NCBI GenBank assembly: GCA_016200135.1
Contig: JACQFI010000115.1
Location: 1 to 64,000, forward strand
Source: Planctomycetota bacterium
GTDB lineage: Bacteria; Planctomycetota; SZUA-567; H5-PLA8
Length of the DNA: 64,000 nucleotides
Direction: 5' to 3'
Made by a program: the position numbers and the translations under genes. Under the pieces are notes generated by a model. It did not search any database. It had not been told where the DNA came from and was given only the letters and a program-made list of their open reading frames with translations. Positions 1-9,093 of this stretch are shown piece by piece (the stretch's first letter is position 1; every line of letters starts with the position of its first letter).

Positions 1-357
1 ATTGAATTTTTAACACCCCCCTGTTATACTCCCATCGTACGCGCACAGGTGCGCAAAACGACACTAGCAAACCCCGAGCAATCGGGGGACGCAAAGCCAC
101 AACTCGCCGAGAACACCCCCCACCCTACCCTCCCCCACAAGGGGGGAGGGGAAAAACGTCAACATGCGTGAGGCACTACACTCGCTTGTATCTGCCGCCA
201 GGTCTCCGAGGGGGGACGAGAAATTGGGGGGAACGCGGAGCGCGCGCTGAAAGCGCGCGCTTCTTTGGCGATTGTGCAACACTCCATTTCCACTATATTT
301 CCACGTGAGCGAACCTGTGCAACCGATTTAAGCGCTTGATCTTAAAGGTGTGAACGC

Positions 358-1455
358 ATGCGCACGCCACGCCCGCGCGGGCGGCCTTCCGGGACGCGTT
401 CCAAGTACCGCGCGGTCGCCGACGATATCGCGAAGAAGATTTCCAGCGGCACGTTCCCTATCGGCAAGCCGCTGCCCACCTGGAGCGCGCTCGCGAAGAG
501 CTACAACGTCGGGCAGATGACCGTCGGGCAGGCCATGAACGTGCTGAAGCGGGAGGGCTTCATCCACGCGGGCCCCCGGCAGCGGCCCGTGGTGCGCCTG
601 GGCCTTTCGTTCGAGGATGTGTTCGAGCAGTCGATCGGGATCGTCACGCACACGTTTCTGGACTGCATCATCCGGCCGCAGGACACTTATTGGATTGCCG
701 CGCTGCTGCGCGGGATCACGCTGGCCGCCATGGAGAGCTCCAGCACGCTCCTCACGCTCCAGGGGCCGCAGTGGCGCAAGGCGTTTCCGGCGGGGCTTGT
801 CCACGTTCCGCTGCAGGGCTTGCTGCTGCTGGCCTGTCCGTTCAAGCCGGAAATGTTCAAGCAATACCAGGCGCTCCAGGCGCGCTATCCCGTGGTGACC
901 CTGGACGAACACTCGGAGTATCTGCATTCGGTGGCGCTGGACAATTACGCCATCGTGCGCGACGCGACGCTGCGGATGATCGCGCTGGGCCATCGCCGGA
1001 TCGCGTTCGTCCGGCCTTATCACGCGTCGCCGGTGGTCCGGAACATCGACGTGAATGCCAAGCAGCGCACCGAGGCCTTCACGGCCGCCTGCCGCGAAGC
1101 GGGTCTGGCGCCGGACGAGCACGCGATCTTCTCGGCCAACGCCAGCATGGAGGTGTCCGGCGGGTCGTTTCGAGATATGGTGCGGGCGGAGCCGCGGTTC
1201 ACGGCCGTGCTCGCCATGGACCACGCCCTGCAGGTCGCGCAGGAAGCGAAGCGGGTGGGCCTGCACGTGCCGCGCGACCTGAGCATCGTCGGGTTCAGCC
1301 AGCACCTGCCTTCGCGCTGGAGCGGCCCCGTGGTCGATTTTGAAGCGTTCGGCGCCAAAGGCGTGGAACTGATCCGGTCCAAGCCGCGCACGCTGCAGCA
1401 CGTCCGCATGCCCGCGGCCTGGAACGAAGGCGAGACCGCTGGGCCGGCGCCGTGA
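358..1455 (+). CDS. AraR-like chimeric transcriptional regulator (GntR-type N-terminal HTH + LacI/GalR-type periplasmic-binding-fold sugar-binding domain)
   Basis: The N-terminal segment KYRAVADDIAKKISSGTFPIGKPLPTWSALAKSYNVGQMTVGQAMNVLKREGFI is a typical GntR winged-helix. The C-terminus has LacI-type motifs (RRIAFV, LSIVGFSQ). The competing minus-frame ORF 328-1479 is Arg-rich low-complexity and was rejected. Confidence 0.7.
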   Translation: MRTPRPRGRPSGTRSKYRAVADDIAKKISSGTFPIGKPLPTWSALAKSYNVGQMTVGQAMNVLKREGFIHAGPRQRPVVRLGLSFEDVFEQSIGIVTHTFLDCIIRPQDTYWIAALLRGITLAAMESSSTLLTLQGPQWRKAFPAGLVHVPLQGLLLLACPFKPEMFKQYQALQARYPVVTLDEHSEYLHSVALDNYAIVRDATLRMIALGHRRIAFVRPYHASPVVRNIDVNAKQRTEAFTAACREAGLAPDEHAIFSANASMEVSGGSFRDMVRAEPRFTAVLAMDHALQVAQEAKRVGLHVPRDLSIVGFSQHLPSRWSGPVVDFEAFGAKGVELIRSKPRTLQHVRMPAAWNEGETAGPAP

Positions 1456-1713
1456 ATCCGAGGAAAGTGGATCCCCCATTCTGTCGATGCTGTGGTAGCC
1501 TTTCGGCGCGGCCGATGACGGAATTCACGTCTCCCGAAAGGATACGGCGCGAGAGGCGTGGAAGGTAGTGTAAGCGGGTATGTGCTGGCTTTGCGAGGTG
1601 GTACTGAAAGCATGGCCTCATGCAACCTGGATGGCTAACCAAGAGTGACGGCCTATGCGTAGTGTGCGGCACTTTTCCATGGGATAGCATGCGCGGCTAA
1701 GGCTTGGCAAACG

Positions 1714-2982
1714 ATGGAAAACAGAGATACCGATTGGGAGCTTAGTGCTGAGAATGGAGACGCGAACGCGCAGTTCCTAATTGGAAAAAGAACGCTCGAG
1801 GCGAGCAAGAATTTCGCTGACGAAAAGGCCGGGGTCCGCGCTTTGGAGGCCGCTGCAGCGCAAGGTCATCTGGAAGCCCAGTATCTTCTAGGAATGTGTC
1901 ATGAGGAAGGTATTGGCGGCGCTAAGAATCCGAGGGAGCGCGACCGCTGGCTGGAGCAGGCGGCGGCCCAGGATCATCCCGCGGCTCTCGCCAGGCTTGG
2001 CTGCATCCGTGAGCGCGAAGCTCTAGAGGACCCGTCGGATATCCGATGGTTTGCCTTGATACAGAAATCCGCGAGATTGGGAGATCCGGTAGGGCAATTT
2101 ATCCTCGGCTATTGCTACGAGCATGGCAGGCAAGTCGAACAGGATTATGAAAGGGCGTTTAAACTGTACCGGGCGTCGGCCGCGAAGAAATCACCCGAAG
2201 CGCTGTACAGGCTTGGCGAATGGCATCTCGACGGGACGCATGTAAAGAAAAATACGGTTGAAGCGCTGCACTATTTTGAGCGCGCTGCAGACCTCGGATA
2301 TGCCGAGGCCCTTTTTCAAGCGGGGCACTGCCACGACCACGGCATCGGAACCGTAAGCAATCTCGCCAAGGCCCTTACCTTCTACAAAAAGGCCGCCGCC
2401 AGGCATGAATTACATGCCTATGCCGCGTTAAAAAGAATTCACCTATTGAGCAAGATTCAATCCGCTTCGTTGCTCCTGCTTTTCATGGCGTCGCTGCTTG
2501 GGTTCTTATTCTCGGACCATCCTGGAAACAGCGGACGTCAAAAGTCTTGGTGCTTGTTTGGAATTGTTCTGACGCAAATGCTCTGCCTTGTGGGCCTGTT
2601 CACCTCGCGAATATGGTTCTCGTTCCGCGCCCTTGGCGGACGGTTCCAATTCAGCCTGTCCGAACTTTTCCAGGCCGTAATTGGACTTTCGGTCCCCATT
2701 CTCATGTTTTATTTTTTTCGTGCGCAGCGCGCGGCCCAAGGCGGATTGACTGAATTCGACGAGCAGCTCGCCGTTTTATTTTTAATCGTTCTTATCGTGG
2801 GCCAATTGTTTGGCGCGGCGACCGGTTACGCTTTTGCTCAAAAACAGCGTCTGACTCTGGTGAAATTCACAGACGAAAAGACCCGCTTTATGCTGGGCGT
2901 GGGCGCCTTGCTGGGGCTCGCCACCGGCCTAACTCTGGAGATTGCCACCGCATCTCTATTCAAGGTAGTCCTGTTCCCTTAG
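1714..2982 (+). CDS. Sel1-repeat (TPR-like) protein with C-terminal multi-pass transmembrane region
   Basis: Repeated AxxYxLGxxYxxGxGVxxNxxxAxxWxxxAAxQGHxxA units (Sel1 signature) across aa 20-240. The C-terminal ~180 aa are strongly hydrophobic in several segments. Confidence 0.65.
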   Translation: MENRDTDWELSAENGDANAQFLIGKRTLEASKNFADEKAGVRALEAAAAQGHLEAQYLLGMCHEEGIGGAKNPRERDRWLEQAAAQDHPAALARLGCIREREALEDPSDIRWFALIQKSARLGDPVGQFILGYCYEHGRQVEQDYERAFKLYRASAAKKSPEALYRLGEWHLDGTHVKKNTVEALHYFERAADLGYAEALFQAGHCHDHGIGTVSNLAKALTFYKKAAARHELHAYAALKRIHLLSKIQSASLLLLFMASLLGFLFSDHPGNSGRQKSWCLFGIVLTQMLCLVGLFTSRIWFSFRALGGRFQFSLSELFQAVIGLSVPILMFYFFRAQRAAQGGLTEFDEQLAVLFLIVLIVGQLFGAATGYAFAQKQRLTLVKFTDEKTRFMLGVGALLGLATGLTLEIATASLFKVVLFP

Positions 2983-3156
2983 AGACCCCATGTGAAACGT
3001 AGGGCTAACTTGCCAGGCAGAGCGCGATTCGTGCTAGGATGGATGAAAGCGGTCAGGAGGTTTGGCCGCGATTGCCTGCGCGCGCGCGCCTCGCTAAGCT
3101 CCGGGCGCGTGATGCCCAAAAGAACGTAGAGCGAAATAACAGCGCGGGGAAGCAGG

Positions 3157-4395
3157 ATGAGCGGCAAGAAATCCGCGAAGACGGGCGGGCGGCGCAAGCC
3201 GCCGGTGGATGAGCGTGGGCGCATCCTGGACGATATCGGCCGGATCGAGGACCCGATCGGGATCGATCTGAACAGCCCCGTGCCGAAATACTACCAGCTC
3301 ATGAAGTGGCTGGAGTTCGACTACAGCCATTCGCCGTTCGGGCGGAAGCTGCCGTCGGAACGGGAACTGGCGCGGCGGAGCGGCGTGACGGTGGCAACGG
3401 TGCGCCAGGCGCTGCGGGAGCTCGAACGGGAAGGCAAGATCCGGCGCGAGCAGGGCCGCGGGACGTTCTCCAAGAACTGCCTCGTGTTGCCCAAGCCGCC
3501 CGGCACGGACCGGCCGCGGGTGGTGCTGGCGTTCTTCGACCTCGGCGGCACGATCGCGGAAGGCTACGGGTACATCGTCTCGGAGCTGATCGCGGGTTGC
3601 GAGGACACGCTGAGCGCCGGAGGCTGCGACTTGCAGGTGCTGGATGTGCGCCCGGGCAAGCGCAAGGAGGCCGGGCACCTGCTCTTCGGCGGCGGCATCG
3701 CGTGGGACGGCCTGGTGCTCACCGACCCGTGGGGCAAGCTGCGCCAGACGTGGGAACAGGCCGCGGCCCAGCACCTGCCGCATGCGGCGATCGGCGAGAA
3801 CGCGCCGCCGGGGCAGGCGGCTCCGCCGGGCGCACAGTGGGTCTGCCTGGACACGGAGCAGGGCGGCGCGCAGGTAGCGGCCGCGTTCCACGAGCGCGGC
3901 CGGCGGCGCATGGCGTATGTGGGCGGCGAGGGCGCGCGGCTGCGGGGCTTCCGCAAGCAGGCCGCGGAGCTGGGTCTGGAGATCTCCGAGGAGTATGTGA
4001 GGATCGACCGCGCGATCAGTCTGGAGGAGTGCGACCGCGCGGGGCATGCGGGCGCGCTGCGGCTGCTGGGGACGTCTCCGCCTCCGGAGGCGATCTTCGC
4101 GGGGAACGACTTTCGCGCGTTCGGCGTGCTGCGGGCGCTGCAGGAACGCGGCGTGCCGGTGCCGCTGGAGCTCGACGTGGTAGGGTTCGACGACGTGGCG
4201 GGCGCGGCGAGCCTTTTGCCGGCGCTGGCGTCGGTGCGCCTGCCGCTGCGCCAGGCCGCGGAACTGGCGGCATGGGCCACGCTCTTCTGGATCGCGCATC
4301 CGCGCGAGCGCACGCCGCGGCTGGACTGCCTGCAACCGCAGTACTGCTGGCGCGAGTCGCTGCGGGCGAAGCCGGTGGACCAGCCCAAAGTCTGA
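3157..4395 (+). CDS. AraR-like chimeric transcriptional regulator (GntR HTH + LacI-type ligand-binding domain), paralog of 358-1455
   Basis: GntR HTH (LPSERELARRSGVTVATVRQALRELEREGKIRREQGRGTFS) followed by a LacI-like domain (RRMAYVGGEG, LDVVGFDD). The alternative Ala/Arg-rich frames 3306-4496 and 3094-4428 were rejected. Confidence 0.7.
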   Translation: MSGKKSAKTGGRRKPPVDERGRILDDIGRIEDPIGIDLNSPVPKYYQLMKWLEFDYSHSPFGRKLPSERELARRSGVTVATVRQALRELEREGKIRREQGRGTFSKNCLVLPKPPGTDRPRVVLAFFDLGGTIAEGYGYIVSELIAGCEDTLSAGGCDLQVLDVRPGKRKEAGHLLFGGGIAWDGLVLTDPWGKLRQTWEQAAAQHLPHAAIGENAPPGQAAPPGAQWVCLDTEQGGAQVAAAFHERGRRRMAYVGGEGARLRGFRKQAAELGLEISEEYVRIDRAISLEECDRAGHAGALRLLGTSPPPEAIFAGNDFRAFGVLRALQERGVPVPLELDVVGFDDVAGAASLLPALASVRLPLRQAAELAAWATLFWIAHPRERTPRLDCLQPQYCWRESLRAKPVDQPKV

Positions 4396-4440
4396 CGACG
4401 GCCGGCCCGAGTTCCTCTTCGAGCGCATGTCCTTCCTTTG

Positions 4441-4560
4441 CTCTGTTGAAATCCCCTCCTTTATGTAAGGAGGGGTTTCAGGAGCGAAGGCGTTAGCCCC
4501 CCCCTGTATCCCCCTTACATAAGGGGAATTTCCTCGCGAGTTCGAAGGTTTTCAACAGAG
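4441..4560. repeat. Nested palindromic element: 11-bp perfect inverted repeat (CTCTGTTGAAA ... TTTCAACAGAG) flanking two internal GC hairpins
   Basis: Read directly: internal hairpins cccctcctt-tatgt-aaggagggg and cccctta-ca-taagggg. The element lies just 3' of the regulator gene and 5' of the next plus-strand gene. Confidence 0.5.
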
Positions 4561-4809
4561 CATCCTTTATTCTATTCCTATCGGTACCTCGGGCAGACTT
4601 TTAAACGCCAAATTCGCGGGCACGGGCCTCCGCTTATCCGCGTCTAGTGTGCAGCCAGAACCGACAAGCGCGGACCTGAACGGGCGCCTCGAATGGACGG
4701 TTGTTTTCAGCGAAAGGAAATGCCGGTTTTTGCTTAAAAGCATGGTTGCTGCATTTCGATATTTGGTTTTGGTGCATAGCCCATCTCGGGTCGGGCGAAA
4801 GGGGTTTTC

Positions 4810-6171
4810 ATGCGCTGGTTCGCATGTGCCATACTGTTGACGGTCTGGGCCGCCGGGCTGCGCGCGGGAGAGTCCGCGAAGCCGGAAGAGAACGAGGTCC
4901 CGGCGCTGATCGAGAAACTGAAAGCGGACGACGGCGAGACGCGCGACCAGGCTCGAAAAAAGCTGGCTTTGCTGGGCGAGCCCGCGCGTGCCAAGCTGCG
5001 CGATGCGCTTAAAGGCGCTTCGAAAGACGCCGATTTCCAGGCGCAACTTCGGGAGACGCTGCGCGACCTGGAGAAGCAGACCATTCTCGGCCGCTATGAG
5101 GCCCCCAAGACGATCGACCTCGAGCTCAAGGATGCGACGGTGAAGGACGCGCTGGAGCGGCTCAAGGCGCATTACGGCTGGTCGGTAAAGGTTACGGACG
5201 AGGCGGGCGCGCACAAGATTAGCCTGGCTGTGAAGGGCGCACGCTACTTCGAGGCGCTGGAGGCGATCCGGACGGCGGGCAAACTGGAGTACGTTCTGGA
5301 CATGGGGGTCATGGTGATGGGCGGTGTTGAGGTCCCCAAAGAGTCCCCGATTCCGCTTTCGCTGAAGGCATCGGAAGGCAAGGGCCTGGCGTGTGCGGGC
5401 GTGAGCGGCCCGTTCATCCTGGTGCTTCAATCAATCAGTCTGACCTCCTCCCGGACGTTGCAAGCGGGCCAGGCACTCGCGCCCGAACAGCGCCAGCTCG
5501 GAATTCAAGGCATGATCATCTCCGAACCCGGGTTGACGGTGAACGGTCTGGAAGCGACCGACCTTGCGGCAACGGACGCGAAGGGAAACGCGGTGGCGCT
5601 TCAGAACCAGGGGATGGGTGGCCGGCAGACCGGCACGAAAGAAGGCTCGAATTGCTTCCAATTCTATGCCTATGCGCTCTTGGGCGAGATGCCCCAGGCG
5701 CCGCTCTGCCTAAAGGCGAACCTGAAGGTCCAAGTGCCGCTCAAGTCTGTCACGCAGCGCGTCAATGACCTGAGCGCGGTCATCAACAAGCCCATCGATC
5801 TGAAGGGAGGCGGGACGATCACCGTCGAGAAAGTCGAGAAGGAAGACAGCGGTTGGAAGGTAAATTACAAGTCAAAGGGCGACGCCAACGAGTTGGCAGG
5901 GGGCGGCGGGATGGGGCTCATGGCCGGCGCGGGCTTTGCCCTGGGCGGGGTGGAGAAGGAGCCATCCGAAGACGAGAACGGCCTGTTCTTCCTGGACGCA
6001 GAGGGACACCTGGTTCCGCACAGCGGCATGAGCTCCGGCGGCGACGGCACTTCGAATGACGTGCGGCTCAGCGGGATGCCGCGCGAGCCCAAGGCGCTGC
6101 TGCTGCGCTGGACCGACGAGAAGGTCGAGCGGAAGTTTTCCCTGGAGCTGAAGGGGATTCCAGTTCCGTAA
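4810..6171 (+). CDS. Secreted hypothetical protein (N-terminal signal peptide)
   Basis: The N-terminus MRWFACAILLTVWAAGLRAGES is signal-peptide-like and the composition is balanced. No recognisable catalytic motif was seen. Confidence 0.5.
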   Translation: MRWFACAILLTVWAAGLRAGESAKPEENEVPALIEKLKADDGETRDQARKKLALLGEPARAKLRDALKGASKDADFQAQLRETLRDLEKQTILGRYEAPKTIDLELKDATVKDALERLKAHYGWSVKVTDEAGAHKISLAVKGARYFEALEAIRTAGKLEYVLDMGVMVMGGVEVPKESPIPLSLKASEGKGLACAGVSGPFILVLQSISLTSSRTLQAGQALAPEQRQLGIQGMIISEPGLTVNGLEATDLAATDAKGNAVALQNQGMGGRQTGTKEGSNCFQFYAYALLGEMPQAPLCLKANLKVQVPLKSVTQRVNDLSAVINKPIDLKGGGTITVEKVEKEDSGWKVNYKSKGDANELAGGGGMGLMAGAGFALGGVEKEPSEDENGLFFLDAEGHLVPHSGMSSGGDGTSNDVRLSGMPREPKALLLRWTDEKVERKFSLELKGIPVP

Positions 6172-6219
6172 GCGCGGCTGCGCTCCGAATACATCCCGCC
6201 TTTACCGCGCCGCGCGGCG

Positions 6220-9078
6220 TTATTTGCCCGCAGACGCCGGGTCGAGGAAGACGCCGCTGGCGATGGCGCAGGTGCCTTCCTGCTGGATCACGCTCGCGAT
6301 GCGCAGCGCGATCTGGCCTTTCACGTTCCAGAGCAGGTACTTGCCTTTCACGAAATCTTTCACGGACTGCGTGTCGAGCACGGCGCCGGTGTCGGCGTCG
6401 ACGGCCTCGACGGTGAGTTCGGTGGCTTTGCCCCAGGAGAGTACGTAGAGCGCGACCTGGTGCTCCTTGCCGTCGGTGATCTCGACGCCGATCTCGAACT
6501 GCTCGGGCGCAGTCCACGACGTAACCGTGCGGTCCTTGGCGGCGCCGGTCTTGACGAGATAGCGCGGGTCCTCGCGGTTGGGCGCCCAGGGAATGCCGTC
6601 GTTCTTGTTCAGCGGCGTAACGTTCGCGCACTTGGGCGCGGCGGAGGTATTCGCGTCGCCGGCGACGACGGCGCCTTCGGAACCGTAGACGGTCTTCCAG
6701 TTGCCCGCGGTGGTCTCGTCGATCTTCACGAACTTGGCCGCGGCGCGCTGCGGTTCGGCGACGGTGGCGGCGATCTTCTCGCGCCGGGCCTCGCCCGAGT
6801 CTGGGCAGTACGCGGCAAAGCTGAGCGCGAGGGCATCGCCGGGCTTCCAAGTTTTGTCGGTGATCAGATTCACGCCGCGGCCCTGCGGGTCGAGGTCGAT
6901 GCGCGTGATCTTGGCGCCGGTAATTTCGTAGGTCTCCGGCTTGTTCCAGAAGCCGTTCTGCTGCAACGGCTGGTCGCCGACGAGCATGAGCGTGTTGTCG
7001 AAGGCCTTGCGGAACTTCAGGCCGCGGGACTCGCTCCAGCCGAAAGCGGGCGAGGCCTGGCCGTTCTTGCCCACGAGCGCGCCCGCGGCGCAGGAGATGG
7101 AGAAGGGCACGGCGGCGTCTCTTACGTCGACGGTGATCTCGTCGCCGGCGATCTGCGCGCGGGCGGGGCGCGTGCCGGCGGTGTCGGCGAGCTGCAGGTC
7201 CTTGAGGCCGGCCGAGGCGTCCTTGGACGCGAGGCCGCCGCCGGTCTGCTTGAAGCGGAAGACGAGCGCATCCTTCTTGGCGGCGACGGCTTCGAGGTAG
7301 ACGCCGTGGTCTTCGAGGTCGTAACAGGCGATGCCGTCGAGCGTGCGGAGGAAGAGCTTGCCGCCGGCGATGGCGGGCGAGGACATCATGCAGATCTTGG
7401 GGTTGAAGCGGCCGAGTTCGACGAACTTGTCGGGCGTAGCCTTGATCATGGCGAACGAATAGGTGAGGTCGCCGAAGTTCTTGGTGAGTTGGTGGGCCTC
7501 GCCCAGGGGCGTGTAGATCTTGCCGTCGGCGAGAATGCTGCCGGAGCATTCGCAGACGCCGCCGGGGACGGGCTTCTTCCAGTTGAACTCGCCGGTCTTG
7601 AGGTCCACGCAGGTGTACATGCCGGCGGGCACGTAGACGTGGTCCTGGTAGACGTGCCCGACGCCGGGGATGGATTTCTTCCAGAGCAGTTCCGCGCCGG
7701 CGGGTGTGATCTTGTAGGCCTTTGTGCCGCTGCCGCCGTACTGCGGGGGCGCGATGAGGATGTCGCCGGCCGCCGTCACCATGCCGCCGATGGGGCTCTT
7801 GAGCGTCCAGAGGCTCTTGCCGGATTCCACGTCGAGGCAGCAGAAGGAGCTGTTGCTCTCTTCCTTGTAATCCGAGGAGACGATGTAGTTCTTGCCGTTC
7901 GCGACCATGACCGTCGGCGACCAGTAGCGCGCGGTCCATTCGTATTTCTTATGTCTGCCGTCCCAGAACGGGTTCTTCCAGAGGAGCTTGCCGGATTCGA
8001 GGTCGTAGGCGCAGCCGACGTGGTAGACGAGGTTGTTGACGACCAGCGGCGAGGCGTGCTCGGGATCGCCTCGCACCATCCACACCTGCGCGCCGTCCTT
8101 GGCGGAGAGGCAGTAGAGGCCCAGCGCGCCCGCGACGTAACACTTGCCTTTGAAGACCGCCGGAGTGGCGCAGACGCCGATGGCCTGCACCGAATTGGCG
8201 CCGCCGGAACCGAAGCACCACCATTGGACGTTCGGGTCCTTCGGCAGGTCTTTCTGTTCGATCGTGAAGGTCTTGCGCCAGAGTTCCTTGCCGGTCGCGA
8301 CGTCGAGGCAGACCACCATGTCCGACCAGGCGTACGCGCGGCCCCACATCGCTCCGGCGAGCCAGCAGGTAATGCCGATCTTTTCGAGCACGTGCTGCCA
8401 TTCGCGGAGATAGGGATGGCGCTCGTCTACTTTGGCGCTGAGCTTGGTGAGGATGTCCCAGGAGAGGCCGTCGGGGATACCCCACTTCTTGACGGGCTGG
8501 TCGATGCAGAGGCGGCGCTTGACGAACGCGCCGTACTTCTTGGCGTCGTCGGGCGTCAACGTGGCGAGGAAGTCTTTGATGAATTTGTCGAGCTCGGGCT
8601 TCTTGGCCAGATGCGCGTCGAGGTCGGAGTCCTTGTGCCCCGCTTCCCACCAAGGAAAGCCGGAGGCCGGGCGTTCCTTGGCGGCCCAGGCGGCCTCGAG
8701 CTTCTTGGCGAGTTCGTCGGGCAGTCCGGTCATCCAGCCGGCATCCGCGAGGACTTCCGGGGTCACGATCGCGTAGGGCTTGCCGGGAACGATGGGCTGC
8801 TTGGCGTTCGAATAGATGAAGACCTTGCCGTCGGAGACGACCGGGCTGCTGCAGCCGCCTTCTTCGCAGCCGGGGATCCACTCGCTCTTCCAGAGCAGCG
8901 GCGGGCCGTCCTTGGGCCAGGCGTCCAGGAGCTTCGGCCCGCCGGGCACGTTGCCGTCTCGGTTCGGGCCGCGGGACTGGGGCCAGTCGGCGCTCGGCGG
9001 CGTCTCCGCGCCGAGAGCGGCGAAGGCCGCGGCCAGAACGAAGGCGAAGAAGAATCGAGTGTACGTGTGAGTGCGCAT
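6220..9078 (-). CDS. Secreted PQQ-like/BamB-like beta-propeller repeat protein, long form with conserved C-terminal extra domain
   Basis: Signal peptide followed by the family-typical N-terminus SADWPQSRGPNRDG. Repeated (K/R)LLW(K/R) ... DG(K/I)(V/L)(Y/F) blade motifs. Member 8 of 8 in the tandem paralog array. Confidence 0.8.
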   Translation of the reverse strand: MRTHTYTRFFFAFVLAAAFAALGAETPPSADWPQSRGPNRDGNVPGGPKLLDAWPKDGPPLLWKSEWIPGCEEGGCSSPVVSDGKVFIYSNAKQPIVPGKPYAIVTPEVLADAGWMTGLPDELAKKLEAAWAAKERPASGFPWWEAGHKDSDLDAHLAKKPELDKFIKDFLATLTPDDAKKYGAFVKRRLCIDQPVKKWGIPDGLSWDILTKLSAKVDERHPYLREWQHVLEKIGITCWLAGAMWGRAYAWSDMVVCLDVATGKELWRKTFTIEQKDLPKDPNVQWWCFGSGGANSVQAIGVCATPAVFKGKCYVAGALGLYCLSAKDGAQVWMVRGDPEHASPLVVNNLVYHVGCAYDLESGKLLWKNPFWDGRHKKYEWTARYWSPTVMVANGKNYIVSSDYKEESNSSFCCLDVESGKSLWTLKSPIGGMVTAAGDILIAPPQYGGSGTKAYKITPAGAELLWKKSIPGVGHVYQDHVYVPAGMYTCVDLKTGEFNWKKPVPGGVCECSGSILADGKIYTPLGEAHQLTKNFGDLTYSFAMIKATPDKFVELGRFNPKICMMSSPAIAGGKLFLRTLDGIACYDLEDHGVYLEAVAAKKDALVFRFKQTGGGLASKDASAGLKDLQLADTAGTRPARAQIAGDEITVDVRDAAVPFSISCAAGALVGKNGQASPAFGWSESRGLKFRKAFDNTLMLVGDQPLQQNGFWNKPETYEITGAKITRIDLDPQGRGVNLITDKTWKPGDALALSFAAYCPDSGEARREKIAATVAEPQRAAAKFVKIDETTAGNWKTVYGSEGAVVAGDANTSAAPKCANVTPLNKNDGIPWAPNREDPRYLVKTGAAKDRTVTSWTAPEQFEIGVEITDGKEHQVALYVLSWGKATELTVEAVDADTGAVLDTQSVKDFVKGKYLLWNVKGQIALRIASVIQQEGTCAIASGVFLDPASAGK

Positions 9079-9093
9079 GTATGTTTCCTCGTT

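Noticed and set aside
64-282. 72-aa ORF in the 5' leader
   Set aside because: It lies across three GC hairpins and has a low-complexity Gly/Leu/Arg composition. More likely structured non-coding DNA.
328-1479. 383-aa minus-strand ORF overlapping the first regulator
   Set aside because: Arg/Pro-rich translation with no motif. The plus-strand frame carries clear GntR HTH and LacI-domain signatures.
3306-4496. 396-aa alternative plus frame and 444-aa antisense ORF over the second regulator
   Set aside because: Extreme Ala/Gly/Arg composition. The chosen frame has a canonical HTH.
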